From an uncultured Pseudomonadota bacterium (lineage in GTDB: Bacteria > Vulcanimicrobiota > Vulcanimicrobiia > Eremiobacterales > Eremiobacteraceae), in assembly GCA_963736005.1 (NCBI GenBank), contig CAVTNB010000001.1, positions 1,824,001 through 1,888,000 on the forward strand: a DNA stretch of 64,000 nt, read 5' to 3'. The notes under the pieces are model-generated. The model had not been told where the DNA came from, made no database searches, and was given only the letters and a program-made list of their open reading frames with translations. Positions within the stretch are counted from its first letter, which is position 1. Each line of letters opens with the position of its first letter. The position numbers were made by a program, and so were the translations under genes. This document shows positions 1 to 10,037 of this stretch, piece after piece.

Positions 1-551
1 CTACCGCTCAAGTGCATCGCGGGCAACGTAGCCCAGCGCCCCCAAGCAAGGGCGGTGAAGCCCGCTGCGATGAAGCCACACAGTGCTCGATCTAACGCCA
101 TGCGGGGACCCAGCACGAGGGCGGTCGCCACGAGCGCAATCGGATTGCAGCACGCGCCCCAGATAACGGCAAAAGCGGCCACCCTAGGTGAGAGTCGAGC
201 GAGTTCGCCGCAATAGGCATTCATCGTACAGTCGCATCCAGGCAAACAGATGGATGTGGCGAGCAGCAAAGCACCGTTCCAGCGCCGAGGCACGCGCGAT
301 GCAACAGCGGCGACCAAACCCCCAACCGCGAGCAAGGGCGACGCACCGAGCATCATCGAGCACCAGTAACTCCAAGCACGCAGCCCGATTGTTGCTGCAG
401 CACTCGCTTTTGGCGCCACACAGGCGGGTGACAGTGCCGCAGCGAGTGCAAGTGCTGCACCGGCGGCCAGCGGCACTAGCCGCAAGCTGCGAGGAGGCCG
501 CAAGTATGGGAGCGAGCGACGCCGAATTGAGTGCGCTATTGGACCAAACAT
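1..551 (-). CDS. Predicted permease (DUF318/ArsP-like), 3' end runs off the window
   Basis: Manually translated from ATG 551: hydrophobic ORF with ICLPGCDCTMN and GACCNPIALVAT, resembling the PxCxC and NPxAL motifs of DUF318 permeases. Absent from the ORF track because there is no stop in the window. Confidence 0.65.
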   Translation of the reverse strand, partial: MFGPIAHSIRRRSLPYLRPPRSLRLVPLAAGAALALAAALSPACVAPKASAAATIGLRAWSYWCSMMLGASPLLAVGGLVAAVASRVPRRWNGALLLATSICLPGCDCTMNAYCGELARLSPRVAAFAVIWGACCNPIALVATALVLGPRMALDRALCGFIAAGFTALAWGRWATLPAMHLSG

Positions 552-583
552 GTTAAGATGGGGTTTCCCATTTTGAGAACGCT

Positions 584-1855
584 GTGAAGCACATTGCCGC
601 ACCCCGCGGTACGGTTGATATTCTTCCCCCTGAGTCGTCGCAATGGCAAGCCCTCGAGCGGGTCGTTGACGAGGTCTGCGGCCGCTTTGGCTATCGTGAG
701 ATCCGCACGCCAATTTTCGAAAGCACGGACGTCTTCGTCAAACCAATCGGCGAGGGCACCGACATCGTCGACAAAGAGATGTACACGTTCACCGATCGGG
801 GAGGCCGCAGCCTCACGCTCCGACCAGAATTAACAGCGCCGGTCGTCCGTGCCGCGCTGGAACACAACTTATTGCAAACGCTGCCGCTCAAACTCTATTA
901 CCGCGGTCCGATTTTCCGATACGAGCGTCCGCAAAAGGGACGCTACCGGCAGGCACACCAGTGGGGCGTCGAATGCTTTGGAGTTCCCGGACCCGAGGCC
1001 GACGCGGAGGTCATTTCGCTTGGGCTCGACGTGATGCGCGCCATCGGCATCACGGAGTATCGCCTCGAAATCAATTCGCTCGGCTGCGAGACGTGCCGCG
1101 AGCGCTTCCGCGAGGTGCTGATCGAATACCTCAACCAAAACGCGTCGCGGCTATCGGAGACAAGTCAGGAGCGCCTCGAGCGCAATACGCTGCGCATTCT
1201 CGATTCGAAAGATCCGCGGGATCTCGACGTGCTCACCCAGGCGCCCACCATGGACGCCTATCTGTGTGAGGCGTGTCAAGAGCACTTCGCCGTCCTGCGC
1301 ACGCTGCTCGAGTCGATGGGGATCCGCGCGCTCCATAACCCCCATATCGTGCGGGGACTGGATTACTACACCCGAACGGTTTTCGAGATCAGCTCGAGCG
1401 CGCTTGGTGCGCAAAACAGCGTGTGCGGTGGCGGGCGCTATGACGGCCTGGTTCGATCCATGGGCGGCCCCAACGTTCCCGGCGTTGGTCTCGCAATGGG
1501 CATGGACCGGATGCTCATGCTCGCTCGCAGCGCAGGCATGGGCGCATCCCAAGACGGAAAACCCCACCTCGAGCTCGCGTTTGTCGCCCTCGATGAAGAC
1601 TCCGCCCGCACGCTCGTACCGCTCGTGCACGCTCTGCGCCAACGAGGCGTGTCTGCCGACATGGACTATACACGCAGAAGCATCGATAAGCAATTGCGCG
1701 CTGCCGGTGAAAGCGGCGCGCTCTACGCTGTCATCATGGGCGAGGATGAGCGGCGCAACGGCGAAGCGACGATTCAAAACCTCGCAACGCGCGAGCGATC
1801 GCGAGTGAGGCTTGACCAGCTTGAAAGCGAGCTGGCCCGGCGCCTCGAATCATGA
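584..1855 (+). CDS. hisS: Histidyl-tRNA synthetase
   Basis: PRGT, KEMY, LRPELTA, FRYERPQKGRYRQ, RGLDYY and GGGRYD motifs. Confidence 0.98.
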   Translation: MKHIAAPRGTVDILPPESSQWQALERVVDEVCGRFGYREIRTPIFESTDVFVKPIGEGTDIVDKEMYTFTDRGGRSLTLRPELTAPVVRAALEHNLLQTLPLKLYYRGPIFRYERPQKGRYRQAHQWGVECFGVPGPEADAEVISLGLDVMRAIGITEYRLEINSLGCETCRERFREVLIEYLNQNASRLSETSQERLERNTLRILDSKDPRDLDVLTQAPTMDAYLCEACQEHFAVLRTLLESMGIRALHNPHIVRGLDYYTRTVFEISSSALGAQNSVCGGGRYDGLVRSMGGPNVPGVGLAMGMDRMLMLARSAGMGASQDGKPHLELAFVALDEDSARTLVPLVHALRQRGVSADMDYTRRSIDKQLRAAGESGALYAVIMGEDERRNGEATIQNLATRERSRVRLDQLESELARRLES

Positions 1856-1898
1856 CAGGCATGCACGCACAAACGGGTTCGCGCGACTGGAGCCTTAC

Positions 1899-2348
1899 GT
1901 GGACGTAGACAAAAAGACCATTGACGAACTCGTTACGCTGATGCAGCGCGATGGCCTGGATCGCATGCGCGTCGAGGTCGGCGACGTCACGCTCGATCTG
2001 CGGATGACCGGTGAGTCAAGCGGAAAAGCTAACGCCTCTGCGACCAAAGCTGACACGTCACCCGCGTCGTCGCGGCCGCAACTCGCATCGCCGGAAGAAG
2101 CACCTCCCGGCGTCACCCGCGTGCTCGCGCCGCTCGTCGGCGTTTTCTACCGGGCGCCGGCTCCAGGAGCAGCGCCGTTTGTCGACGTCGGGGATGAGAT
2201 CGCACCGGGCAACGTTCTGTGCATCCTTGAAGCCATGAAGCTTATGAATGAAATCGTCAGCGAGCATAGCGGTAAAATCGCGCGCATTTGCGCGACGGAT
2301 GGCCAGCTTGTCTCGCTCCATCAGGAGCTGTTTTGGATCGAAACGTGA
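1899..2348 (+). CDS. accB: Acetyl-CoA carboxylase biotin carboxyl carrier protein
   Basis: APLVGVFYRAP and EAMKLMN biotinylation motif; GTG 1899 follows GGAG. Confidence 0.93.
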   Translation: MDVDKKTIDELVTLMQRDGLDRMRVEVGDVTLDLRMTGESSGKANASATKADTSPASSRPQLASPEEAPPGVTRVLAPLVGVFYRAPAPGAAPFVDVGDEIAPGNVLCILEAMKLMNEIVSEHSGKIARICATDGQLVSLHQELFWIET

Positions 2349-2926
2349 GCAGCGCGCCGCGCCAGAAGACGTTTGCGGATTGCCTCGCCGATCGCCAAGG
2401 TATGTGGCAGATGGAGGAGTACGCGCATCCGGTGCAGCGCGCGGTCGAGGTCATCACCACGTCGTTACGCGCCGGTGGCCGAGTCTATTTCTTCGGCAAC
2501 GGCGGCAGCGCGGCCCAAGCGCAACACTTGGCGGCAGAGCTCTCCGGGCGTTTTCTCCTTGATCGTCCTGCTTGGGCTGGTCTGGCCCTGTCCGTCGATA
2601 CCTCAGCACTTACTGCGATAGCCAACGACTATGGTTTTGAGCACATCTTCGCGCGACAGCTCGAGGGCCTCGTGCGGCCGGGCGATGTCGCATGCGGCAT
2701 CACGACGTCGGGAGAATCCCCAAACGTCGTTGCCGGTTTACGCACGGCTCGGGCGAAAGGCGCAACGGCCATCGTTTTTTCCGGCAATGGTGGCGGGGCC
2801 GCCGCACGCGAGGCGGATGTAGCGCTCACCGGGCCATCCGGCCCATCATGGAAAGTGCAAGAAGTTCACTTGATGCTGGGCCACATCATCTGCGAACTGG
2901 TGGAGATTGCGCTCGCAGCCTCGTGA
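2345..2926 (+). CDS. gmhA: Sedoheptulose-7-phosphate isomerase
   Basis: GNGGSAAQAQHLAAEL, TAIANDYG, TTSGES, QEVH; GTGA overlap with accB. Confidence 0.95.
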   Translation: MSSAPRQKTFADCLADRQGMWQMEEYAHPVQRAVEVITTSLRAGGRVYFFGNGGSAAQAQHLAAELSGRFLLDRPAWAGLALSVDTSALTAIANDYGFEHIFARQLEGLVRPGDVACGITTSGESPNVVAGLRTARAKGATAIVFSGNGGGAAAREADVALTGPSGPSWKVQEVHLMLGHIICELVEIALAAS

Positions 2927-3473
2927 AGGGAGGCGAGCCGTTTTCCTCGACCGCGATGGAACGCTCAACGTCGACACAGGATACGTCTCTTCTCCCGATG
3001 ACGTGCAACTCATCGATGGTGCAGCCGACGGTGCAAGAAAGCTCGCAGCTGCCGGATACGCGCTTGTGATCGCTTCCAATCAATCGGGCATTGCCCGAGG
3101 CCTGATCACACCCGCTGCGGCCGATTCGGTCGAGGAGCGAGTCCTCGCGCTCCTGCGCGAGCGCGGTGTTTCCATTGAAGCGGTGTATCGCTGCCCGCAC
3201 TTGCCGGGAGGCAAGGTTGCGGCGTATGCGCATGAATGTGAATGCCGTAAACCCAAACCAGGCATGCTTGTTTGGGCGGCCGCCGACTTGGGGCTCGATC
3301 TGTCGTCGTCTTGGGCGGTGGGTGATAGCGAACGCGACGTGCAAGCCGGTCTGGCAGCCGGTTGTCGCGCGATCTTGCTTGAGGAAGCTGCCTTGGCGCA
3401 ACCGCGTCGCGATGGCGCCTTCGTCGCCAAGAATCTGCTCGAGGCAGCGGGTATCATTCTCTCAACGCCATGA
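2907..3473 (+). CDS. gmhB: D,D-heptose 1,7-bisphosphate phosphatase (start uncertain)
   Basis: FLDRDGT, SNQSG, CPH..CECRKPKPG, VGDSERD. Confidence 0.93.
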   Translation: MRSQPREGRRAVFLDRDGTLNVDTGYVSSPDDVQLIDGAADGARKLAAAGYALVIASNQSGIARGLITPAAADSVEERVLALLRERGVSIEAVYRCPHLPGGKVAAYAHECECRKPKPGMLVWAAADLGLDLSSSWAVGDSERDVQAGLAAGCRAILLEEAALAQPRRDGAFVAKNLLEAAGIILSTP

Positions 3474-4486
3474 TGAACACGCGCACTTGGATTGCCGACT
3501 TGCTCGCCGCCATGCGAGGCCGCAGAATTGCCGTCATTGGCGACCTCATGCTCGATGAATGGTATTGGGGCAGCGTCCGGCGGATCTCGCCCGAGGCGCC
3601 GGTTCCCGTCGTCGAAGTGAACGACCACACGTACACCCTCGGCGGTGCAGGCAACGTCGCGAACAACTTAGCTGCACTCGGTGCCAAAGTCAGCGTTTTT
3701 GGGGTCATCGGCAACGACGAAGCCGGCGATCGTTTAATCGGGCTTTTTCATAAACTTCACGTCGACGCGGGCGGGGTTGCGCGCGTTCGTTCTAGACCGA
3801 CGACGCAAAAAATGCGCATTGTCGCCCACAATCAGCAGGTCGTGCGAGCGGACCGCGAAGCGACCTCGTCGATTGACGGGAAAGTGCAGCAATGGCTCGT
3901 GCGCGCCATCGGACGTCTTGACGGCGCGCTCGACGGCGTGATCCTTTCCGATTACGGCAAAGGCCTCATTACGAGACCATTGATCCAGGCTGTGTGCAAC
4001 TTCAAGAAGGGAGCGGTCATCACCGCAGACCCGAAGCCCCAGAATCTGGATGCCTTTGTCGGCGTTGACTGGATAGCCCCCAACGTGGCCGAGACGGAGG
4101 AAGCCGCCGGCATGCGAGTGCGAAGCGATGCCGATCTGGCACGCGCCGCGAAGATCCTCATGAACCGCACGCGCGCAAAGCACGTGCTTGTGACTCGGGG
4201 AGAGCACGGTATGTCGCTCTTTTCGAAGAAAGGGAAGCCGCTCTGGGTTCCGGCAATGGCGCGGCAAGTGTACGATGTCAGTGGTGCGGGCGACACCGTC
4301 ATGTCCACGCTGACGCTCGCACTCGCGGCTGGCGCAACCCTGGAGAGAGCGGTCACCTTGGCAAACCTCGCGGCTGGCGTCGTCGTGGAAAAGCTGGGCA
4401 CCGCAACCGCGAGCTCAAAAGAGATTCTCACCTTTTCCGAACATCAAGAATTCCCGCGAAAGAAACAACGTGCGCGCCGCGGATAA
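3470..4486 (+). CDS. rfaE1: D-beta-D-heptose 7-phosphate kinase (HldE domain I)
   Basis: GDLMLDEW, RISPEAPVPV, GGAGNVA, SDYGKG, DVSGAGDT. Confidence 0.95.
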   Translation: MMNTRTWIADLLAAMRGRRIAVIGDLMLDEWYWGSVRRISPEAPVPVVEVNDHTYTLGGAGNVANNLAALGAKVSVFGVIGNDEAGDRLIGLFHKLHVDAGGVARVRSRPTTQKMRIVAHNQQVVRADREATSSIDGKVQQWLVRAIGRLDGALDGVILSDYGKGLITRPLIQAVCNFKKGAVITADPKPQNLDAFVGVDWIAPNVAETEEAAGMRVRSDADLARAAKILMNRTRAKHVLVTRGEHGMSLFSKKGKPLWVPAMARQVYDVSGAGDTVMSTLTLALAAGATLERAVTLANLAAGVVVEKLGTATASSKEILTFSEHQEFPRKKQRARRG

Positions 4487-4958
4487 GGTGCTGGCGCGCG
4501 CGGACATCCCTGGACGGCTTGCTTCGATCCGTGCGGGCGGCGGAAAAGTCGTCTTCACGTGCGGCGTCTTTGACTTACTTCACGTGGGGCACGTCCGGTA
4601 TCTGGAATTTGCGCGTAGCCTCGGCGCGGTACTGGTGGTGGGCGTCAATTCCGACGACTCCGTTCGCCAGCTCAACAAGGGTTCGCAGCGGCCGCTCGTG
4701 CCGGAGGCAGATCGCGCCGAGTTGGTGGCAGCGCTCGCCTGCGTCGATTATGTCTTCACCTTTAGCGAGCTGCGCCCTAACGAATCCATTCGCATCGTCC
4801 GGCCCGACATTCACGTCAAGGATGCGGCGTATGAAAAAATGGAGCTGCCGGAAGCTGCCACTGTACGCGAGGTGGGAGGCGTCGTTGCGTTCGCGCCGCA
4901 TGTGGAGGGGCGTTCGACGTCGGCCCTGCTCGACCGAATAGCGAGTGCGAAACCGTGA
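4470..4958 (+). CDS. rfaE2: D-beta-D-heptose 1-phosphate adenylyltransferase (HldE domain II)
   Basis: FTCGVFDLLHVGHVRYL, GVNSDDSV, RSTS. Confidence 0.95.
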   Translation: MRAADKVLARADIPGRLASIRAGGGKVVFTCGVFDLLHVGHVRYLEFARSLGAVLVVGVNSDDSVRQLNKGSQRPLVPEADRAELVAALACVDYVFTFSELRPNESIRIVRPDIHVKDAAYEKMELPEAATVREVGGVVAFAPHVEGRSTSALLDRIASAKP

Positions 4959-6196
4959 GCGACCCAGCGTTCTTTGTGACGACGAACGGGCCGGGTGAGG
5001 TCATGGGCTGGGTTCGGCCCTTCTTGCGCGCGCTCTACGAGAGCGAGCCGCGCGCTCGCGTGACTGTTGTGCTCCTCCCCTGCGCGTACGCCACGGGAAG
5101 AGAGGCAGAAACGCTCAGCGCGCTCTTCCCGGATGCGCGCGTCATCGATCCCCGCGCGTACGGCCGATTTCTCTTAGGGCGCAGGGTCGCCGGCATGGAA
5201 AGAACGCGGGGCGTGCTGCAATACCTAGGCGGCGACCTTTTTCATGCAAAGGTGATCGCGCGGCGGCTTGGCTTGCGCCCAATGACGTACAAGTTTACGC
5301 GACGTTCGTACTCCAAAATGTTCGAGCGCTTCTTTGCTCTTGACGAAAAAAACGCCGCTCAGCTGCGAATGCTGCGCGCGGCACCCGATCGAGTCCGAGT
5401 GGTTGGCAATCTTGTTGCTGACGCGGTCGTGGGGTCGCTCGAAGTGCCGCCCCCGCCGCCCGGTGTGGGCGAGGGAATTTGCATCATGCCCGGCAGCCGC
5501 CCGTACGAACTACGATTTCTTATGCCGTTCTTTATGGCGGTGGCTTGCGCTCTCGTCCGAATGCGGCCGGGGCTAAAAATTACCTTTGTGGTGTCGCCGT
5601 TCAACACGGATGACGAACTGGCAGCCGGCGTCGAGTGGTCCGGCGACCCCAACCACTTTGGCGTCGCGGGGCAGTTCGACGCCCGCCAACACACGATCAG
5701 CGTCGAGGGCAACACGTTTGCCGTGGATCGTTCGCCCGACTACCGCGTCGTCGCGCGCAGCCAGCTGGTGATCAGCATCCCCGGTACCAAATGCATGGAG
5801 GCGGCGGTGCTGGGGCGCCCGCTGCTGGTTGCCGTGCCTCTCAATCGGGTCGATGAAGTGGCAATGAACGGCATTTGGGCCTACGTCCATCGCGTGCCCA
5901 TTATCGGCCGGCCGGTCAAACGATGGGTCGCAAACCAAGTTGTTCGGCGAATTGAGTTTTTTGCCCAACCCAACATTGACGCGGGCCGGATGGTTGCGCC
6001 GGAAATGCGCGGCATCCTGCGGCCGCAAGACGTGGCTGCGCAGGCCGCGGCGATGCTCGATAATCCTCACGAGCTGCGTCTCATGGGCGAGCATTTAAGC
6101 TCGCTCTATGCCCCCCACGTGGGGGCGGCATCGCGAATGGTTGGGGACATGCTGGCGTTTGTCGAACGGGCGAGAACGCAACAGGTCGCTGTCTAA
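4955..6196 (+). CDS. GT-B glycosyltransferase, lipid-A-disaccharide synthase (LpxB)-like
   Basis: NGPGEVMGW, VGN, MPGSR, PGT..E and PNI..GRMVAPE motifs; LPS context. Confidence 0.7.
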   Translation: MSDPAFFVTTNGPGEVMGWVRPFLRALYESEPRARVTVVLLPCAYATGREAETLSALFPDARVIDPRAYGRFLLGRRVAGMERTRGVLQYLGGDLFHAKVIARRLGLRPMTYKFTRRSYSKMFERFFALDEKNAAQLRMLRAAPDRVRVVGNLVADAVVGSLEVPPPPPGVGEGICIMPGSRPYELRFLMPFFMAVACALVRMRPGLKITFVVSPFNTDDELAAGVEWSGDPNHFGVAGQFDARQHTISVEGNTFAVDRSPDYRVVARSQLVISIPGTKCMEAAVLGRPLLVAVPLNRVDEVAMNGIWAYVHRVPIIGRPVKRWVANQVVRRIEFFAQPNIDAGRMVAPEMRGILRPQDVAAQAAAMLDNPHELRLMGEHLSSLYAPHVGAASRMVGDMLAFVERARTQQVAV

Positions 6197-6200
6197 GGCC

Positions 6201-7079
6201 ATGCCGCACGCGAGCGTTATCATCGCGACGCACAACCGCGCGAACGAACTCCGCGCGTGCTTGGCCGCGCTCTCCCGGCAAAGCGCGCGCGATAGCTTTG
6301 AGGTGGTCGTCGTTGACAATGGATCGCACGATGAGACTCCAGCAGTTCTTGCTGCTGCCGCAGGCGCGAGCGTGCGCCGCGTGTACGAGGCGCAGCCTAA
6401 TCGCGCCAAGGCTCGCAACGCTGGCATCGCAGCCGCACGGGGCGAGCTGATCATTTTTTGCGATGACGATACCCTCGCACCCGAAGGATTCGTCGCGGCG
6501 CATGTGGCGGCGCACGCAGCGGCACCAAACTCAGTCGTGTCGGGCCCCATCATCAACGTGCCTGATGCGGCGCATCTCGTCAGGCCAAGCCATCGCCACT
6601 ATTCACGCGCATTTTTTTGCACCTGCAATGTCAGCGTCAGCCGGACCGCGCTTCTCGCCGTGGGTGGGTTTGACGAGCAGTATGATCTCTATGGCTGGGA
6701 AGATACAGACCTTGGAATTCGGCTGCGCACCAAGGGCTTGCGCCGGATATTTGCCTGGCCCGCGTACCTCTATCACATCAAACCCCCGCACCCGCACGCG
6801 CTCGAGCGGCGGCGCGCGCTCGCAACCGAGAAGGGTACGATGGCAGCACGCTTTGTCCGCAAGACTCCGTCTTGGCCCGTCAAGCTGGCTACCGGCGCCT
6901 ATGCCGCAAATTTTGCCCGCGCCGCGATCTTTACGGCAGCGCCGATGCGCCGGTTGTGCGAGCGATTGGCAAACGGCGCCCGGCCTGGCTCGATGCTCGC
7001 TGCCTGGGCTACTGAGACGCTCGTTGACGCGGCGTACATCGACGCGCTCAAGTCGGCGTTGCGGCAACCGCAGTGCTAG
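6201..7079 (+). CDS. Glycosyltransferase family 2
   Basis: VIIATHNR, VVDNGS, FCDDD, GWEDTDLG. Confidence 0.9.
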   Translation: MPHASVIIATHNRANELRACLAALSRQSARDSFEVVVVDNGSHDETPAVLAAAAGASVRRVYEAQPNRAKARNAGIAAARGELIIFCDDDTLAPEGFVAAHVAAHAAAPNSVVSGPIINVPDAAHLVRPSHRHYSRAFFCTCNVSVSRTALLAVGGFDEQYDLYGWEDTDLGIRLRTKGLRRIFAWPAYLYHIKPPHPHALERRRALATEKGTMAARFVRKTPSWPVKLATGAYAANFARAAIFTAAPMRRLCERLANGARPGSMLAAWATETLVDAAYIDALKSALRQPQC

Positions 7080-8083
7080 CGCGCGAGGCGATCTTGCTTG
7101 TCCGCTGCGACGGCGTGGGAGACGCTGCACTTTGCATCCCCTCGCTTGAAGGTCTGCGTCGCGCTTTTCCACACGCGGTCTTTGGCGCGGTGTGTTCGCC
7201 GGCTAACGCAACGCTTTTTTCGGATCGCGTGAATCGCGTGTACGTGTACGACGAGAGTTGGCCGGTCGCAAGCATGCGCGAAGAGCTCCGTAGTGGCCAG
7301 TACACAAAAGCGCTCATCGCAACTGAAGAGGTTGCGGGCTATCAAATAGGCCGCTTGAGCGGCGCGCCGCAGCGATCCGGCTTTTGGCACCGCTTGCACA
7401 AACCGTTCAAATCACTCTGGCAACGCGCGCAGGTAACAGCGCCCGTCTACCGGCCGGCCGCGTGGACCAAGAGGCCCGAACACGAGGTGCAGACCATCTA
7501 CCGCCTTGCGCTCGCGCTTGGCGCGCAAGAACCAGCGCCGCAGGATGCCCCCAGTTTGCGAAGCTGGCTGCAGGTCGAGTCCTCGGACGTCTCGCGCACC
7601 GCCCAAGGGGCCATCGGTTTTCAAATCACACCGAAGCTCATCACGCAAGACCTTGGCCCGAGCGGTCTGGCGACGGTCGTGGTTGAAGCTCTCGCCGCCT
7701 TGGGTGGCAGACGCGGTCTTCTCATTGCTTCCGCTGCGGATGAAAGTTTGGCCTGCGCGGTCTTCGAACACGTGCCGGTTGCACAAAAGAACAGCGGGCT
7801 GCTCACGCTCGCCACATCCCTTTCGCTGCCACAGTGGGTGGGTGTCTTGGACGCGGTCGACGCACTGGTCACCCCCGATACCGGTGCCGCGCACGTGGCG
7901 GGCATGCTTGGCAAGCGTCTCGTCGACATCTTCAATGAAGGCGATTACGAGCGATTGGAGGCTCAGTGGCATCCTTGGGCGGGTAGCTGGCGATGCCACG
8001 CGAAGCGACCTTTTGATATGGACTGGGATGCCGCAGCCTACGGGCGTTTTATCGCTTCTGAAGTGAGTTCTCTGTTCGTCTGA
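7073..8083 (+). CDS. Glycosyltransferase family 9 (heptosyltransferase-like)
   Basis: DGVGDA and PDTGAAHVA motifs. Confidence 0.88.
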   Translation: MLAREAILLVRCDGVGDAALCIPSLEGLRRAFPHAVFGAVCSPANATLFSDRVNRVYVYDESWPVASMREELRSGQYTKALIATEEVAGYQIGRLSGAPQRSGFWHRLHKPFKSLWQRAQVTAPVYRPAAWTKRPEHEVQTIYRLALALGAQEPAPQDAPSLRSWLQVESSDVSRTAQGAIGFQITPKLITQDLGPSGLATVVVEALAALGGRRGLLIASAADESLACAVFEHVPVAQKNSGLLTLATSLSLPQWVGVLDAVDALVTPDTGAAHVAGMLGKRLVDIFNEGDYERLEAQWHPWAGSWRCHAKRPFDMDWDAAAYGRFIASEVSSLFV

Positions 8084-9129
8084 TGCCGCAAGACATAAAA
8101 GTGCTCGCCGCATGCACGGGAGGCGGCGTTGGAGACCTACTCGCGGCACTGCCCGCGATCTGCGCGCTGCATCGCCATTTTTGCGTGCCGATCGACGTCT
8201 TGACCACTCGCTATGCGGCGCAAGTCCTCAAGGGTCAGGACTGCGTCGGCGAGGTTCTTTTTGATGACGCGGATGAGCCGTTCCACGAGCTGGTCAAAAA
8301 ACTGACAGCAAGGCGCTACTCTCACGCCGTCGTGTTCTGGTCGAACCCAAGGATTGCCAAAGCCATCCAGCACTCGGGTATTCCGGAGCGCGTGGGTCAA
8401 GCACGCCGGCTCTACTCGTTTCGTTACACGAAGCGGGTGAATGTCCGAAGCGAAACGGGAGATACGCGCAGTCACTGGACAGACATTCAGATGGACTACG
8501 CGCGCGCGCTCGGTGCCGAACCGGTTCCCGAGGACTATCGCATCGAGCTGCACCCGACGGAAGCGGAGCAACAAGAAGCCAACGAACTTCTCGAGCGCAC
8601 GGTGGGTGAGCGGCCTTTTGTCATTCTCCACGCAGCGCGCGGCATCACCTCACGCGCAGCCCAGTGGCCAAGCGAACACTTTGCGGTGATTGGGGACGCG
8701 CTCGCGTCGGCGTTTTCCGCGACGGTGTTGCTGACCGGCAGTAATGAAGAAAGTCAGTTCGCGGCGAGGACAGCTGCATCGATGCGCGAGCCTGTCTTCA
8801 ATGTGTGCGGGCAAACGACACTGCTGGGCTTTGCCGCGCTTGCGCGTCGCGCCGCAGTCGTGGTCGCCCTCGATTCAGGGCCGATGCACATTGCCGCCGC
8901 CGTTTGCGCCCCAACGGTAGGCATCTTTGCGCTTCGGACTGACTTCCCCGATCGGTGGCGGCCGTTGGGCGCTCGCGTCGCCGTTGTTGGACCGCAATAT
9001 CCGTGCCCGCCCAGGTGTCGTAAGGAGACCTGCCGGACGTTTGCCTGCTACGCGGCGCTCTCGCCCGACAAGGTCGTTTCGGCTGCGCAGAGCTTGCTGC
9101 AACCGGAGCACATTGCAGCGGCACCATGA
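8083..9129 (+). CDS. Glycosyltransferase family 9 (heptosyltransferase-like)
   Basis: GGVGDL, DSGPMHIAAA, C-terminal CxxxCxxxxCxxxxC. Confidence 0.92.
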   Translation: MPQDIKVLAACTGGGVGDLLAALPAICALHRHFCVPIDVLTTRYAAQVLKGQDCVGEVLFDDADEPFHELVKKLTARRYSHAVVFWSNPRIAKAIQHSGIPERVGQARRLYSFRYTKRVNVRSETGDTRSHWTDIQMDYARALGAEPVPEDYRIELHPTEAEQQEANELLERTVGERPFVILHAARGITSRAAQWPSEHFAVIGDALASAFSATVLLTGSNEESQFAARTAASMREPVFNVCGQTTLLGFAALARRAAVVVALDSGPMHIAAAVCAPTVGIFALRTDFPDRWRPLGARVAVVGPQYPCPPRCRKETCRTFACYAALSPDKVVSAAQSLLQPEHIAAAP

Positions 9130-10037
9130 GCCCGGCGCGACCTCTCATTACCGTCCAGCTGTGCACCTTTAATCGCCGCCAGCTTTTGGGTCGCGTGCTC
9201 GATGCGCTGTTTCATCAAGATATCGACCCCGACACGTACGAAGTGATTTTGGTGGACGATGGATCGGACGACGGAACCTACGAGGATGTGATTGCGCGAC
9301 TGTCGCCTCCGTGCGCCTTTCATGTCGTGCGCCAAAGCAATGCCGGGCTTGCGCGCGGCCGCAATGTTGGTCTGGAGCGGGCCCGCGGCGACCTTATTTT
9401 GTTTATGGACGATGACGTGCTTGCCACCCCCTCGCTGCTCCGCGCGCACTTGGACTTCCACCACGCGCACCCAAAAAGCATCTGTCGGGGTGTTGCCATC
9501 AACGTGAGTTCCTTTGAGCGCCTGCCCGCTCCATCGTATTCTCTGCTCGACTATTCGGGGGCGTACTTCTGGACGACAAACGTTTCCGCTCCGCTTGCGC
9601 TGATCGACCAAGCGGGCCGCTTCGACGAGCGATTTCGCGAGTACGGTTGGGAGGATCTCGAGCTTGGTTTCCGCTTGCGGCGCATGCACGTTCCCTCGCT
9701 CTTGGCTCGCGATGCGGTCGTGTATCATCACAAACCGCCGCTTGCCCCGGAGCAGTTCTCGCGAGTCGCTCGCCAGGCGAGGGCGCAAGCACGCACGGCG
9801 AGACTGTTTCTCGAAAAGCACCCGCACTGGCGCATCGCCCTCGCCACAGGTGCGCTCGCGCCAATCGTGTGGTGGAGCGGGGTCGCTCGCCGCAGCGGTT
9901 GGCCGGCCTTGTTGGAGCGGGTAGCGCGACCCGGGCAAGCGCAAACAGCTCTGCCGATCGGCCTGCGCCGCTGGGCGGCACAGCGCCTCGCACGTAGCGC
10001 TTACTACGATGAACTCACAAACGGCCGGAGGGGCTAA
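9126..10037 (+). CDS. Glycosyltransferase family 2
   Basis: VDDGSDD, FMDDD, GWEDLELG. Confidence 0.9.
   Translation: MSPARPLITVQLCTFNRRQLLGRVLDALFHQDIDPDTYEVILVDDGSDDGTYEDVIARLSPPCAFHVVRQSNAGLARGRNVGLERARGDLILFMDDDVLATPSLLRAHLDFHHAHPKSICRGVAINVSSFERLPAPSYSLLDYSGAYFWTTNVSAPLALIDQAGRFDERFREYGWEDLELGFRLRRMHVPSLLARDAVVYHHKPPLAPEQFSRVARQARAQARTARLFLEKHPHWRIALATGALAPIVWWSGVARRSGWPALLERVARPGQAQTALPIGLRRWAAQRLARSAYYDELTNGRRG

Noticed and set aside
188..556. 122-aa plus-strand ORF
   Set aside because: Shadow of the minus-strand permease frame, which has recognisable motifs.
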